Source of the DNA: Felis catus
Taxonomy: Eukaryota
Reading direction: 5' to 3'
Length of the DNA: 64,000 bases
Assembly (NCBI RefSeq): GCF_018350175.1
Contig: NC_058371.1
Span: 112,282,001-112,346,000 of the forward strand
Both the position numbers and the translations under genes were made by a program. Positions 1 through 12,741 of the stretch are shown one piece after another. Under the pieces are notes generated by a model. The model did not search any database, was not told the DNA's origin, and was given only the letters and a program-made list of their open reading frames with translations. Each line of letters begins with the position of its first letter. Position 1 is the stretch's first letter.

Positions 1-24
1 GTATCTGCAAATGTACATAGGAAT

Positions 25-25
<1 letters not shown>

Positions 26-61
<36 letters not shown>
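26..61. repeat. (TG)n microsatellite
   Basis: Direct inspection. Confidence 0.95.
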
Positions 62-65
<4 letters not shown>

Positions 66-647
66 TGTGTCACTACACACACACAAAAACAAAACAAAAA
101 TCCATAAATATCCATAAATGTCTCCAGCCAGTCCAGCTGTCTTCCCCAGGGTTTGGGAATCACGTAATCAACTGGCTTCTGGAGATCTCTCCCTACACAC
201 CCTATGCAGATGTAAACTCAATGCTTTAAAATTGAATGTATTTTTTTTCTCCCAGATCAGTGCTACATCCATTGAGACCCCTAAATTAAAAACCTCAAAT
301 TCATCTTTGACTCTTTTACTATGTATTTCTAATCAAACATAAAGTCTTATTAATTCTATTCAATCAATATTTTTTCCTCTACTTCCCTTGTCTAGAAAAA
401 ACATCCTGACTCAGTGGGATTACTAAATGTCCGATCCAATCATTACCTCCAAATGGTCCATCATCTGGAAAACACCCAATATGGAAATACCCAGATCACT
501 TGTCTACCTAAAAATCCTGTGTGTCTCACACAGCCTTCAAGTAATCAAGGCTCAGGGGAAGGGACAGGGATTTGTAAACCCTGGAGCAAGCTTCTGCCTA
601 CTGGAGACCGTTGCTATGTAGAGACCCTGGGTGAAGCCACCATCACC

Positions 648-950
648 ATGTCTGACCAGGAAGCAAAACCTTCAGCTGAGGAATTGAGGGATGAGAAGGA
701 AGGAGAATACATTAAACTCCAAGTCATTGGACAGGAGAGCAGTGAGATCCACTTCAAAGTAAAAATGACAAGGCATCTCAAGAGGCTCAAAGAAGCATAC
801 TGTCAAACACAGGGAGTGCCAGTAAATTCAGTCAGATTTCTCTTTGCAGGTCAGGGAATTGCTGGGAATCACACTCCAAAAGAACTGGGAATGAAGGAAG
901 ATGTGATTGAAGTTCATCAGGAACAAACAGGGGGACGTTCAATGATTTAG
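648..950 (+). CDS. SUMO1: Intact 100-aa SUMO1-like ORF in the retrocopy (possible retrogene; expression unknown)
   Basis: ACCATG at 648. MSDQEAKPS...EIHFKVKMT...[10 protein letters not shown]-stop. About 19 substitutions and one in-frame codon deletion versus canonical mammalian SUMO1; no frameshift or premature stop. Confidence refers to it being a functional CDS. Confidence 0.45.
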   Translation: MSDQEAKPSAEELRDEKEGEYIKLQVIGQESSEIHFKVKMTRHLKRLKEAYCQTQGVPVNSVRFLFAGQGIAGNHTPKELGMKEDVIEVHQEQTGGRSMI

Positions 951-1181
951 ATATTCTTTTTTTTTCTTTACTCTCGATCCTTTTTTATTTTTAAAAATGT
1001 GTTTTTTATAATGTAGGTGTTCAACACAGACTGGAAAACGGGCACCCATCTCTTTAAAACATCTGATGATTTGAATTCTCGTGTCCATGATTCATTTCCA
1101 CTTGTTTTCGTTGTGCTGATTTTTGGTGATCAAACTTCAGCCCCCTTCATATTGCACTCTCCTTTTTAAAAATTACATGTG

Positions 1182-1399
1182 GGGGCACCTGGGTGGCACA
1201 GTCGGTTAAGCATCCGACTTCAGCCAGGTCACGATCTCGCGGTCCGTGAGTTCGAGCCCCGCGTCAGGCTCTGGGCTGATGGCTCAGAGCCTGGAGCCTG
1301 TTTCCGATTCTGTGTCTCCCTCTCTCTCTGCCCCTCCCCCGTTCATGCTCTGTCTCTCTCTGTCCCAAAATAAATAAACGTTGAAAAAAAAATTAAAAA
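1182..1399 (+). mobile_element. CanSINE, young SINEC_Fc type, in the SUMO1 retrocopy 3'UTR
   Basis: tRNA-derived head, CT tract, A tail; perfect TSD AAAAATTACATGTG (1168-1181/1400-1413). Confidence 0.97.
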
Positions 1400-1663
1400 A
1401 AAAATTACATGTGAGCACAGAAAGGCCACCTTTTCCGGGTCTGTGTATTTTCAAGCTTGCGATAAATAAGATTGAAAAATGAGGGTGTTCATAATAACTT
1501 TCCAATCAACCCTGAAGTTCCCACATCTGATTTCTTCACTCCTGGACTATGACTGTGGGTGATGGAAGTTTTTCAGAAAACTGAACTGTGAAAAAATGAC
1601 CTTTCCTTAACTTGAAGCTCCTTTTAAAATGTGAGGGTCTGAACCAAAAGAAGAGAAACATCA

Positions 1664-1819
1664 GGGGCACCTGGGTGACCCAGTTGGTTAAGCTTTAGAC
1701 TTTGGCTCAGGGCATGATCTCACAGTTCATGAATTCAAGCCCCACATCAGGCTCTCTGTTCTCAGCCCAGAGCCTACTTCAAATTTCTGTCGCCCTCTCT
1801 CTACCCTTCTCCTGTCCAT

Positions 1820-1863
<44 letters not shown>

Positions 1864-1891
1864 AAAAATAAATAAACATTAAAAAAAAGAG
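1664..1891 (+). mobile_element. CanSINE (older), in the SUMO1 retrocopy 3'UTR
   Basis: Head, CT tract and A tail; decayed TSD AGAAGAGAAACATCAG / AGAAGAAAAATATCAG. Confidence 0.95.
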
Positions 1892-2869
1892 AGAAGAAAA
1901 ATATCAGACTGGAGTCAAGACATCTGTCAAGAGACAGTGAAAGTGAAGACTAACTCCAAAGATGGCTTCACTGAAGAAAAAGCATTTTAAGATAAAAGAA
2001 AAATCTTGTCAGAAGATCCCAGAAAAGTCCTAATTTTCACTAGCAGTTAATAAATTTACTCATGCAGAAGTGTATTCAACAGAGCCCTGCTCTTTTTTAA
2101 TTTTATTTGTACTTTTTGGCCGGGGATATGGGTTTCCAATGGACATTGTCTGTACCACCTTCATTAAAATAAACAAACGATTTGTAAAAGCCATAAAAAC
2201 AAACAAAAACAAAGACCAAACACAAAACCAAAAATCAAGGCTTATTCCCTGCAACTTCTTTTACCTCATTTCTCCAAGACATATTGAACTCAAGGGCAGA
2301 CCCAGCTCTGGTGGGGCCCGAGGCAACTACAACGTGGTGAGGGAACCCTTTTTAAGGGGAAAAAAAAATGATCCAAAAGGAAATATTTATTTCACATAAA
2401 AAAAGAAATCACAGCAAATGTCGAAACCTGGACATGCAGGTCCCCATCCTGGACCTCTTAGTAGGCAAACAAGCAGAAATGTTGACACAGAAATGGCTCC
2501 AGATCTCAACCTGGCCATCCATTCCACCTAAAGCCTCCACAACCTGCAGCAACTCCTAGAACTCATCAGGGACTGTTCAGGTAAGAGAACCTGATGATGC
2601 AACTTGATTGGCTTTCCAGTGAACTCCACTCTCCTTGAACTTTAAGTTCCAGCAAGCTAACCAGTGTTTCAAACACACCCCATCCCCTGTGCTGCCTTTT
2701 TTGCCTTTGCTCATGCATGAAATGCACTTGTCTGTTCCATGCTCTGGACAGCCTTCATCCCTCCATCTTACCTAAATCATTTTAATTTATTGCTCAACAT
2801 CTAGCTCAGGTGTTACCTGATTCTTCCAACCTGGGTGACTCCTCTTCTCAGGGTTCTTTTAATTCCAAG

Positions 2870-3750
2870 TGGAGCTCTTTCCAAATATTTGCAAGGCCCA
2901 GGGCAAAAATTCAACCGGAAGCCCTCTCGTTCCCTATCCAAATATTTGAAAGTTACAAACCCAGCTGACAAACTGTTAAATAAGATATATTCTTTCCTCC
3001 TGCCCTGAGAAATATATCTTCTGGATGGCTGAGTTCAAGGTTAGAATGCTTGAACTCCTGGCAGGTCGAGGCCAGAACCGGACACACTGGGAGAGCTGGC
3101 CCCAGCCCCACCACCACATTGACCTCTCTGCATAACCAGCTCCCTCCTCAAACGTCCTTCCACGCTGCAATAGCTTCCACATATACACGCACACACACAT
3201 GGACTGCCAGCCCCGTCCAAGCTCTATCTTTTTTTTTTTAATTTTTTTAGGATTTATTCATTTTTTAGAGACAGAGCATGAGTGGGGGAGGAGTAGAGAG
3301 AGAGGGAGACACAGAATCCGAAGCAGGCTCCAGGCTCTGAGCTGTCAGCAGAGAGCCTGATGCGGGGCTCAAACCCACGAACTGTGAGATCATGACCTGA
3401 GCTAAAGTCAGACATTCAGCTGACTGAGCCATCCAGGCGCCCCCCAAGCTCCATCTTTTACCCTGCAAACAGCTACCCCAGGACCATCCCTCAGGCCAAG
3501 GTGGGTGCATACATACCTGCGGCACAGCCCAGAAAATGGACTTAGGACAAAGGACAGTGCAGAGAATTCCAAGCCCAGTGCATGATCCAGACAGGGAGAC
3601 AAACTCTGGGTTGATTACATTCACTTGGCTCTCCAAACTCTCCCACCTATGGGAAGGGCCATAGCCAAAGCAGAGACCAGAGTGAGGCTTTCTAGAGCAC
3701 ACACAGGCCAGGGCTGGAGCCCCTCTTGCCTGAGTCTCAGGGAGATACTG
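2870..3750. mobile_element. hAT-Tip100 DNA transposon, MER115-like, split by a SINE and lying within L2 relics
   Basis: Matches recalled MER115 blocks (GGCCCAGGGCAA...AAATATTTGAAAGTTACAAA...ACAAACTGTTAAATAA; 3' end GCCCCTCTTGCCTGAGTCTCAGGGAGATACTG). Confidence 0.75.
3233..3443 (-). mobile_element. CanSINE (SINEC_Fc2-like)
   Basis: TSD CCAAGCTC(T/C)ATCTTTT (3217-3232/3444-3459). Confidence 0.96.
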
Positions 3751-4012
3751 TTTGAGTGAATGATAGATACATCTCCCAGTTAGACTGTGAGCTCTTTATG
3801 AGCAACGACTGCTTCTTAATCCATTGTTGCAACAAACTATCAATGCCTGAAAATAAAATGATAGAATAAATGGATGAAAAAGGAAGCACAGCATACATCT
3901 GGGCCTGGAAAGCCTATAAAATCATGATTCTTGGAATGTTTTTGTTCCACATAACAATCTCCACCAGGCTTCCTAACTGATCTCTACGTCCTATTCACAG
4001 AGAAAACGCTTC

Positions 4013-4026
4013 CCAGCAAGAGGCGC
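4013..4026 (+). promoter_or_regulatory. Candidate CTCF core motif
   Basis: CCAGCAAGAGGCGC, close to the CCASYAGRKGGCRS consensus, with retained CpGs in unique sequence. Confidence 0.4.
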
Positions 4027-4228
4027 GGCTTCTTTAATTAAGCACAGTGCGCTAGAATGACAAGTAAAAATACAGTGATTTAAAATATTTAGGTGGTGCT
4101 CAGGAATATGCCTGTTTACAACGAGTCTGCCATGAGTCTGCCATACACTGACCAGGATTTGCAAATACAAATACTGGTTGAGGCAACACCAAGAACCATC
4201 TTCAGAATGAAGTTCAGTTGTCACTTAC

Positions 4229-4288
4229 CGATAAATACAACTGCCTGGGAGCAGATTCCTCCCTGATTCTGCACTGAGACTCTGAGTG
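4229..4288 (-). other. Candidate 60-nt internal exon (host gene unidentified)
   Basis: Minus strand: TTCTCCCCTCCCCTGTGCTTACAG| acceptor and CG|GTAAGT donor; open in all three frames. Confidence 0.4.
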
Positions 4289-4373
4289 CTGTAAGCACAG
4301 GGGAGGGGAGAATAAAAAATGGTAAAAATAAGAGATAATAAAGTCACATAACTTTTTTAAAAAAATGAATGCA

Positions 4374-4575
4374 GGGGCACCTGGGTAGCTCAGTCAGTTA
4401 AGCTTGGGCCATGATCTGAAGGTTGGGGAGTTCGAGCCCTGCGTGGGGCTCTGTGCTGACATCTCAGAGCCTGGAGCCTGCTTCAGATTCTATGTCTCTC
4501 TCTCTCTCTGCCCCTCCCCTGCTCGTGCTCTGTCTGTCTCTCTCTCTCTCTGTCTCAAAAATAAATAAATTAAAA
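4374..4575 (+). mobile_element. CanSINE with a small internal deletion
   Basis: Head, CT tract and A tail; TSD-like AAAAAAATGAATGCA / AAAAAAATGGATGTA. Confidence 0.94.
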
Positions 4576-5197
4576 AAAAATGGATGTATAGTACCTAACA
4601 CACTAACTGGCACAAAGTAACTGTGCAATATGTAGTAACTTCAAAGAGGAAAATGACTTTGAAAAGGTTCAGTCCCACCCAGTGTGGGTCCTGTTTCTCT
4701 TCGGCTGGGCAAAGGCAAAGAGAAACTGTGCAGCGAAGTATCTCTGTCGTACACAGCTGCAATTTCGGCTGTCACATCTCAAAAAATTCAAGGAGCATTT
4801 TTTAAAACATGCTATTGTTATGAAAGAATTTTGCTCCCAGAGAATTCATTAATCAAAGTATCGCTGCAAGCCCTGTACAAAGTCTGGGATGTTTCCTTTT
4901 TCATTCAGTTTACAGAGGAATGGGCTGCAACACTGGGTGATGGAGTAGAAAGAAAAGGGACGTTGGAATCAAACTCTGGCTTTGAAGAAGATCTTACACC
5001 TTGGAAACGTTACTTAGTTTACATTTGCTTTGATTTTCTCCACTCTAAATTGTAGTGAATGATACAATTGTTTGTTTCAGAACTGTTCTTTGAAGTTTAA
5101 ATGTAGTGGTTTATGTGAGGCATCTTCATAGTGCCTTACACTGAGGATGTTTGATAAATGTAAATAAGTTGTGTCTAAAATACAATAGTCCTTCGTA

Positions 5198-5420
5198 GGG
5201 GCACCTGGGTGTCTCAGTCGATTGGGTATCAGGCTCCGGCTCAGGTCATGATCTCATGGTTCGTGGGTTCAAGCCCCATGTCGGACTCTGTGCTGACAGC
5301 TCAGAGCCTGGAGCCTGCTTCCGATTCTGTGTCTCCCTCTCTCTTTGCTCCTCTCCCACTCATCTCTGTCTCTCCCTGTCTGAAAAATAAAATAAAACTT
5401 GAAAAAATTAAAAAAAAAAA
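5198..5420 (+). mobile_element. CanSINE (SINEC_Fc2-like)
   Basis: TSD ACAATAGTCCTTCGTA / ACAATAGTCATTTGTA. Confidence 0.95.
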
Positions 5421-5859
5421 ACAATAGTCATTTGTATGGCATGTCACCCAGGACAAAGATACATTAAAATCAACCATTGCCAACTTGACTTTCTAGTCAA
5501 CAATCAACTAGGTTTTCATGTTGCTCTCACCAGGTATACTTGTTTAATCATGATGTATGTCTTATTAAGTCTTACTTTGTAGTCTGTGAAACCCTGGACT
5601 TTTCACATAAAATTAAGTACGTATGCCATTGGTTCATATGTCAGACTGCTTCAATTACTTGACATAAATTATCACATTTAATTGCACATACCAAAAGCAA
5701 CAAATAAATGCTTGTGTAAATTGGATTTAATTTGGACTTTGATTTGCTTTTGACTTAACTTTGATTTTTTTTTCACTAATATTAGCATTATTTGCTAGGC
5801 TCCTATTAGATATTGAATGAATCCATTCTTCTGGACTTAGATTTTGCTTGAAGAATATT

Positions 5860-5861
<2 letters not shown>

Positions 5862-5903
<42 letters not shown>
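5862..5903. repeat. (GT)n microsatellite
   Basis: Direct inspection. Confidence 0.95.
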
Positions 5904-5905
<2 letters not shown>

Positions 5906-8900
5906 ATAATTCTCAAACCAAAAACTAAAATGCCAGACATGGGAAACTTCACAACAACCTTATTTTCGAAAATTGCCTGAAAATTTGTGACAGTTGTCCT
6001 CACATATAAAAGCAATTTTCCTAATGCCATTGTTGCCATTAATGATGATGTGTACCAGTGGCCTCAATGAATCCAGCATCAGAGCTGTTGACTGACTTTT
6101 GAAATTCTTATTCGTATTTTTATTAACACTCCGTATAATGTCTTTTCATTTTCTCAGACTCCACACCTGGAAATGTCTCCTTATATCTGTGTCTGTGTCA
6201 TAAAATGCACCTAAACCTGGAAGTTAGTGAAAAAGGACAATAAATTAGAAATCTAGAAGCCCAGGAGGACTCTTAGATTTACCACTAATACCAAATGAAT
6301 AATTAACCCTTCTGACAATATTTTTAAAGATAATATATTAAAATTGCAACCATTTACATTTGTATAATAATATGTTGCCTTTAACAAGATTTTAATACAT
6401 AACATATCTATTTGAAGCCAAAACAAAACAAAACAAAAAACAAAAAAACCCATGAGTAAGACAATGGGAATTTCTGTCCCTGTTTTCAAGAAGTACTAAC
6501 AATAACAGGTACTAACGACAGGTTTTTCCTCACTGAGCACACAGGCTTTGATTTATGCTTCATATAATTGGGCTTGTGCTTTATTTCTTAAGTCCTAAAT
6601 GGTTAAATCTTTACCTCAGCTGGAAAAGTCCATTCTATAGGCTTTCACCCCTGGAATGATCTGGCTATTGGTGTTATTTCTCAGAAGAGTTGGGTCAAAT
6701 TATTGGAAACCATTAAATTAAATGATGTTTAAGTACCTTCAAATTACTTAGACAATCAGCTCTATATAAATATGAGACATCGTCGATTCTTATCTTCTTA
6801 AAGGCATCCTCCATGGGCAGAGATAAGAGGAGAAATATTTTCCACTATAATCTCCTTAAAGATTAACGAGTCAATGCAGTTGGAAATGTCCCATAACTCC
6901 CTCCACGTTTTATAGCGTAAATGTGTCAAGAGCGAACACTGAGGTGTCTCCTTTGGTGTCCATGACTCCGTGTCAGCGAAAAAGCTACAGTTTCTGCTCT
7001 TTCAATTAAAAGTTTATTTTTGTTTTTTGTCATTGTTGTTGTTAAAGGTATCCCAGAAAATAATATCTGTGAGCAACACAGAGTGTAATAGTATTTCTGT
7101 GAGGTCAATCAGGAAATCTTGACTACAGAGTCCCAGGAAATGCTGAGTTATTATCCTGGGCCATTAGTAACCATGCCGAATGTAAAAGCTGCACTGCTCC
7201 TGAGAGCCATTATCCCCATTGCTATTATATGACCTTCACCGCAGTCCTTTCCTCCCTCACACTTCCATCTCTTTATCCACAAAATGAGGAGCCTGGACTG
7301 TAATATATTTAAAACTCTTAACACCCAGGGATTGATTCTTTCTGGAAAACAAAATAATAAATTGTTATTCCAAGCTTCGCTAGCTCTGCTGGCTTGCCCT
7401 CGTTTGCCTGAAATTCCATCATACAACACAGAGTTTCTGGTTTCAAGTATTCACAAGATACGTAGTACATTTCATGTCGGCCGTCCTACTCAAACTTGTA
7501 AACTAATCTAGCATCTTTCTGAAAAGGTAAGCAAACTGTATGATATTCAGATAACATAGCAATTAACTATTCTTGTCTGAATTATGCAACTATGCTTGTG
7601 GGACAAGAATAGAAAGGAATTTTTATAGCACATGAAAATAATAATTCATAAGGAAAGAATAAAATCACATTAAAAAATTCTTAACTGTTTTAGTTTCCCA
7701 ACTGTATATTATTGATGTAGAGTTCTAAATTATATAGTACTGGTTTTTAAAATAGTGTATATCTCAAAGTATTAAATTATAATTCATTTAAAAAATTTAA
7801 GCCCAAGTCTCCCAATATTCTGATTGAACATACTGTCAGATGCAGGTAGTTGCGAGTAGCAAATACATCATGATAGGAACTCTAGAAAAATTATATCTGC
7901 TTCTATCTACAGGTCTTTCAATCAAGCCACAAGTTGCACGAATTGAATTAAAAAATGAGGATATATGCTCTTATTTAATATAAATGATCTCTAAATACGG
8001 ACATCAAAAGAATAACCAACTGAAAAATAAGCTGAATATCTATTAAGAAATGAGAGTATTTTACATAAAGCTGTAGTTCTAGAATATTAACTTTTATACT
8101 TTCTATACTTTGATATAATACTGTGTTAATTACATAGATGAAAACAATATTTCATGTGTTTTGTTTAGAAGAATAATGTTTCTTAAGTTCTAAAATAAGA
8201 TGTGAAAGCTCTTGTTTCTATTCTGTTCCATCCGCTTATGTTTTTGTTTTTGTTTTTTGGGGTTTTTTTTGTTGTTGTTTTTTCTCTTAAGATTGGGTAA
8301 TGTGAGCCTCACCACAGCCTTTCATNNNNNNNNNNNNNNNNNNNNNNNNNNNNNNNNNNNNNNNNNNNNNNNNNNNNNNNNNNNNNNNNNNNNNNNNNNN
8401 NNNNNNNNNNNNNNNNNNNNNNNNNNNNNNNNNNNNNNNNNNNNNNNNNNNNNNNNNNNNNNNNNGACTCAGTAATATCACCTTAATAATCTTTTCATCT
8501 TGAATAGCACGATTCTTTGAAAATATTAATTACTGAACCATTCCTGATATCACTTTGAAATTATGTGATGCCACTTGTAACACTTTACCGCATTCAAAAT
8601 GTTGTATGAAGAGAAATCAATATTATTAGAGGGCTATTGACCAAGAAAGATTTTTCAGAAACACCACTATTCTAAGCATAAGTGAGTACAACAAGCTTGA
8701 ACACTAATTAGGTACTGAAAACAACAAGCTCTGTTTGGGTGAAGAAATGTGTCATTAGTCATAGGTCCTATGAGTGGAAAAATTTTAAGATACTTGAATC
8801 ATGATATTTAAAAATAAATGCAGCTATCTATAATAAGTCCTTCATTCTAATCAGTTTTTTTGGTACACTTAATTGATGCATTCTTGGAGCAAAGAACTAC

Positions 8901-9723
8901 ATAATGGAAAGAGATAATTAAATATGAGTAACGTGTTTATTTTAAAACCCAACCATTACTACTAATGTAAAAGGAGTAACTGATCTTAAATCATGAGCAT
9001 TGTATTGTAAATAATATAAGAGTTTTGACTGTTCATTTATGTTTCAGAACCCTAACAGCATTGTCTCACTTATTTGTAATCCATCAACCCAGGTGACAAA
9101 TAGTCTTCTATATTTATCCACTCAGAATATACAAGAAGCATACTGTATTAGCAGCTGAAACTACAAACGCTAATGTCAATCAAACAGTCTGGNNNNNNNN
9201 NNNNNNNNNNNNNNNNNNNNNNNNNNNNNNNNNNNNNNNNNNNNNNNNNNNNNNNNNNNNNNNNNNNNNNNNNNNNNNNNNNNNNNNNNNNNNNNNNNNN
9301 NNNNNNNNNNNNNNNNNNNNNNNNNNNNNNNNNNNNNNNNAAGGATATAAAAAACGACTCATTCTAACTTCGCAAATTTATGGGTTTTAAGACATCGCTT
9401 TTCACAGTAACATAATTCTGCAGGCAGATTACACGAATGCTATGCCTCAGAAAGATGTTGATATACTTTTGAAAACTATGTCTTAAAAGCTTGTCTGCAT
9501 GGTACCAAGAACTGGACCAAACAGCCCATGGGGCCTCAGATGTGTCTTTGGCACTGAAGGTATGGCACCAGGGCAGGTGGTCCATACCTAGTTTAGCGAA
9601 TTACAGCTTCTAGAGGCACTGTCAATTCCTTGTGGCCTTACTGAATCCCAAAGGGGAATATTTTAGCAGTTCTTTTGAACCGACTCCTCACGGCTCAAAT
9701 CACGAGTTCAGGTAGCTTCTGAC

Positions 9724-9726
<3 letters not shown>

Positions 9727-9758
<32 letters not shown>
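9727..9758. repeat. (AC)n microsatellite
   Basis: Direct inspection. Confidence 0.95.
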
Positions 9759-9761
<3 letters not shown>

Positions 9762-12300
9762 TCACTCTCTCCTTGTATAAGGGACATTTGAGCACACGTA
9801 TTTCTCCTTTCAGCTCTTGTTCCTCCTTACTTGTCTGGTATTCAAGCTACTTCAGGGTACTTTCTGGTCTTTTCTGTTGCCATTCCCATCTTGCTTCACA
9901 TCTCAAATTTCTCCTCCTTTTATTTCTAAGAACTGGGTTGTATCATTGGAGTCTCCCATCCAGGTACACTTCTCTCAGTTCGATCCTCGACACCGCTGTT
10001 GAGGTCGTTTTTCTACTCAAAAGTCCCTTTTGTTGATATAGCCCAGGCAGGAGTCTTAAATGTTGTCAGCGCACCACTCCTAAGAAGCAAAGCGAGTCCT
10101 GTCTCCCTTTGTCTAACCTTCTTACTCTGCTATCGATGAGCCATCTTCATGACCACATCCCTTACAGCTGATGCATTCCTTCTCTGCAAACTTAATGACT
10201 CCACTCCCTTCTTAAAAGTCTCCCTTTTCAGGAAGTTTTCCTGACAGACTGAGAAGCATGACAAGCTCCTCCTGGCCTCACCCTGACTAAACATGAAATA
10301 GTCTCCACAGTTTCCCAGTTACCACCCAAGGGTGATACGCAATGCTAAGATGTGAGGTTCTATTTCATCTTTTTATTGTCTCTGCATGTCCTTATATTGC
10401 AGGGTGTGTTGACTCCTTATGTCAGTGTGTGGAGATGTAGTTAGGGAGCAACTGGGAGTTCTAGAAGTTACACGTGATACAGCAATGCATCACATCCAAT
10501 AGCTGCGCCATTAACATTGGCATGATGGTGTTGATGGGTGCTTACATCTACAAGGTTTCTTCAAACTCCATCTGACTTGAGGAGGATTATTCCTCCTTTT
10601 TTCCATTTATTAGGAGGCCCAGGGTTACCAGCTGGTTAATAAAGAGGAAGTGATTCAGAAAAGGGTGATTGTAATATTCATTTATGCACATAAACATGAG
10701 AAAAGGATATTAAAATTACAGTATATATACTAAAATTTAAAAATACATTTAAATATATNNNNNNNNNNNNNNNNNNNNNNNNNNNNNNNNNNNNNNNNNN
10801 NNNNNNNNNNNNNNNNNNNNNNNNNNNNNNNNNNNNNNNNNNNNNNNNNNNNNNNNNNNNNNNNNNNNNNNNNNNNNNNNNNNNNNNNNNNNNNNNNNNN
10901 NNNNNNNNNNNNNNNNNNNNNNNNNNNNNNNNAAAACAAAAGAATTACACAATTAAGTACCATCTCTGGAGAGGAGAAAACATCTTATGGTTGTCTTCAA
11001 ATTCCTTTCCTTGGATCACACTGTCAACATTGAGAAAAATAATCACTACTATAGTAATAGATGCTTTACTATGAATGTTGCATCCAAAAGAATGCCATCT
11101 TCAATAAAAATTGGCTTACAGAATCTATTGCATAAAGATTCCCCAAATCTCATTTTCTTTTTGTTTTACACATAGGTAACAGTGGTCTATACTAAGCCAT
11201 AGCTTAGTTTGTAGTTATTGTGAATTTGTTATAAAGCAAAGGATTTTGTGGTCTTTAAGTTTCACCATATTATATCCAAATGGCATTTTGCAAGCTACTC
11301 ATTTATAAATTTGGGCTATAATTTCTATTGTAAATAAATAATAATAAACATATTGTCCTAAAATGTTTTTCAATCTGACTAACTCTCCAATGTATTTGAT
11401 TTTATTTTACATATGAAAAGAAGATTATAAAAAAGGAATATTACAATTACCCATCTGTATACTATATTATGATAATTTAGAGTTGGGTGGTAAATCTTAT
11501 CTGAGTTTGCCAACAAGCTATCTTTAGTAATTTTGTTTCTATAATTTTACTTCTAGAGCCTAAAATCTTAAGTGATTTTTTTCCCTAGGCATTTTTCTTT
11601 TTATTTCCTTTCCTAGATGTTAAAAGAAAAAAGGAAGAAAGAGAAAACAAAAGCACTCTATGCCTAAAAAACTTGAAGTAAGCTCTCTTCCTAAACCTAT
11701 AATGAAAGGCATGATTTTCACATTTGCAAATAATTTTACAGTAGACAGTTCTATCACATTACTTGGAATAACACAAAGCAGGGACTTCAGCAGAAAAGGT
11801 CTGTAGAACCATTACACATAGAAACATAAGGCCATTGTCTTATGAAAATTAATCTGCTTTTAAGAAATTTCCTGAGTAAGAATGTTTGCTATGTAATGCT
11901 TAGAACATTTAGTGATATGCATGTAAGCACTAAAAACTAGGCCCCCCAAATCTAAAGTTTAGAGTAAATCTATAAATGGCTATGATGAGGCTTCCTTGAC
12001 TTTAGGGTGTCTCATATCTGTAGGACTCCATGCCCAATGACATTATGATACGGTTTTAGTGGGAACCTTTATAAGGCCATGCCTCGTACTAAATTGCACC
12101 CTAGAGAGAATAGTATTATGATGAGGCTCTGGTGAAAAAAAAAAAAAAATGATTTGCCATTTTTCACGGATAGATTTCCATGCAGTGGAACCTCACTGCT
12201 AGGTAAAGGTCTGGTGGTGTGTGAATCCTGGTGAAACAGCTTCCCTCTCTCCCTCTCACCTTTCAGTTTTCAGTCACCCTGCTTTAAAAAGAAGTTAAGA

Positions 12301-12548
12301 GGGGCGCCTGGGTGGCTCGGTCAGTTAAGCGTCCGACTTCGGCTCAGGTCATGATCTCATGGTCCGTGAGTTCAAGCCCCGCGTCGGGCTCTGTGCTGAC
12401 AGTTCAGAGCCTGAAGCCTGTTTCAGATTCTGTGTCTCCCTCTCTCTCTGCCCCTCCCCTGTTCATGCTCTGTCTCTCTGTCTCAAAAATAAATAAACGT
12501 TAAAAAAAATTTTTTTTAATAAATAAAAAAAATAAATAAAAATAAAAT
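12301..12548 (+). mobile_element. CanSINE (SINEC_Fc2-like)
   Basis: TSD AAAAAGAAGTTAAGA (12286-12300/12549-12563). Confidence 0.97.
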
Positions 12549-12741
12549 AAAAAGAAGTTAAGAGTTGGGTTTAAAAACACTGTTTCTAATATAGATTCAA
12601 GGTTTCCTTTCTTTTAAAAAAATTATAATACAGTATTTGTAATCTTCCATAGTAACGAAACTGAGATTATTGCCTTTGAACACAAGTCCCCATTGTGTCT
12701 TGGGCAGAGAAAAAAACTCTATAAATACAGAATTTTTTAAA

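Larger units (their letters stand above)
555..2232 (+). pseudogene. SUMO1: Processed (retrotransposed) SUMO1 copy: 5'UTR, CDS, 3'UTR and decayed poly(A); 3'UTR interrupted by two SINEs
   Basis: Intronless. SUMO1-like 5'UTR (GGATTTGTAAACCC...GGTGAAGCCACC). AATAAA at 2168-2173 followed by an A-rich tail. TSD AATCAAGGCTCA (543-554) / AATCAAGGCTTA (2233-2244). Confidence 0.96.

Noticed and set aside
414-647. 78-aa N-terminal extension of the SUMO1-like ORF in the ORF track
   Set aside because: It starts at GTG, runs through flanking DNA, the TSD and the SUMO1 5'UTR, and has no recognisable homology. The real start is the ATG at 648.
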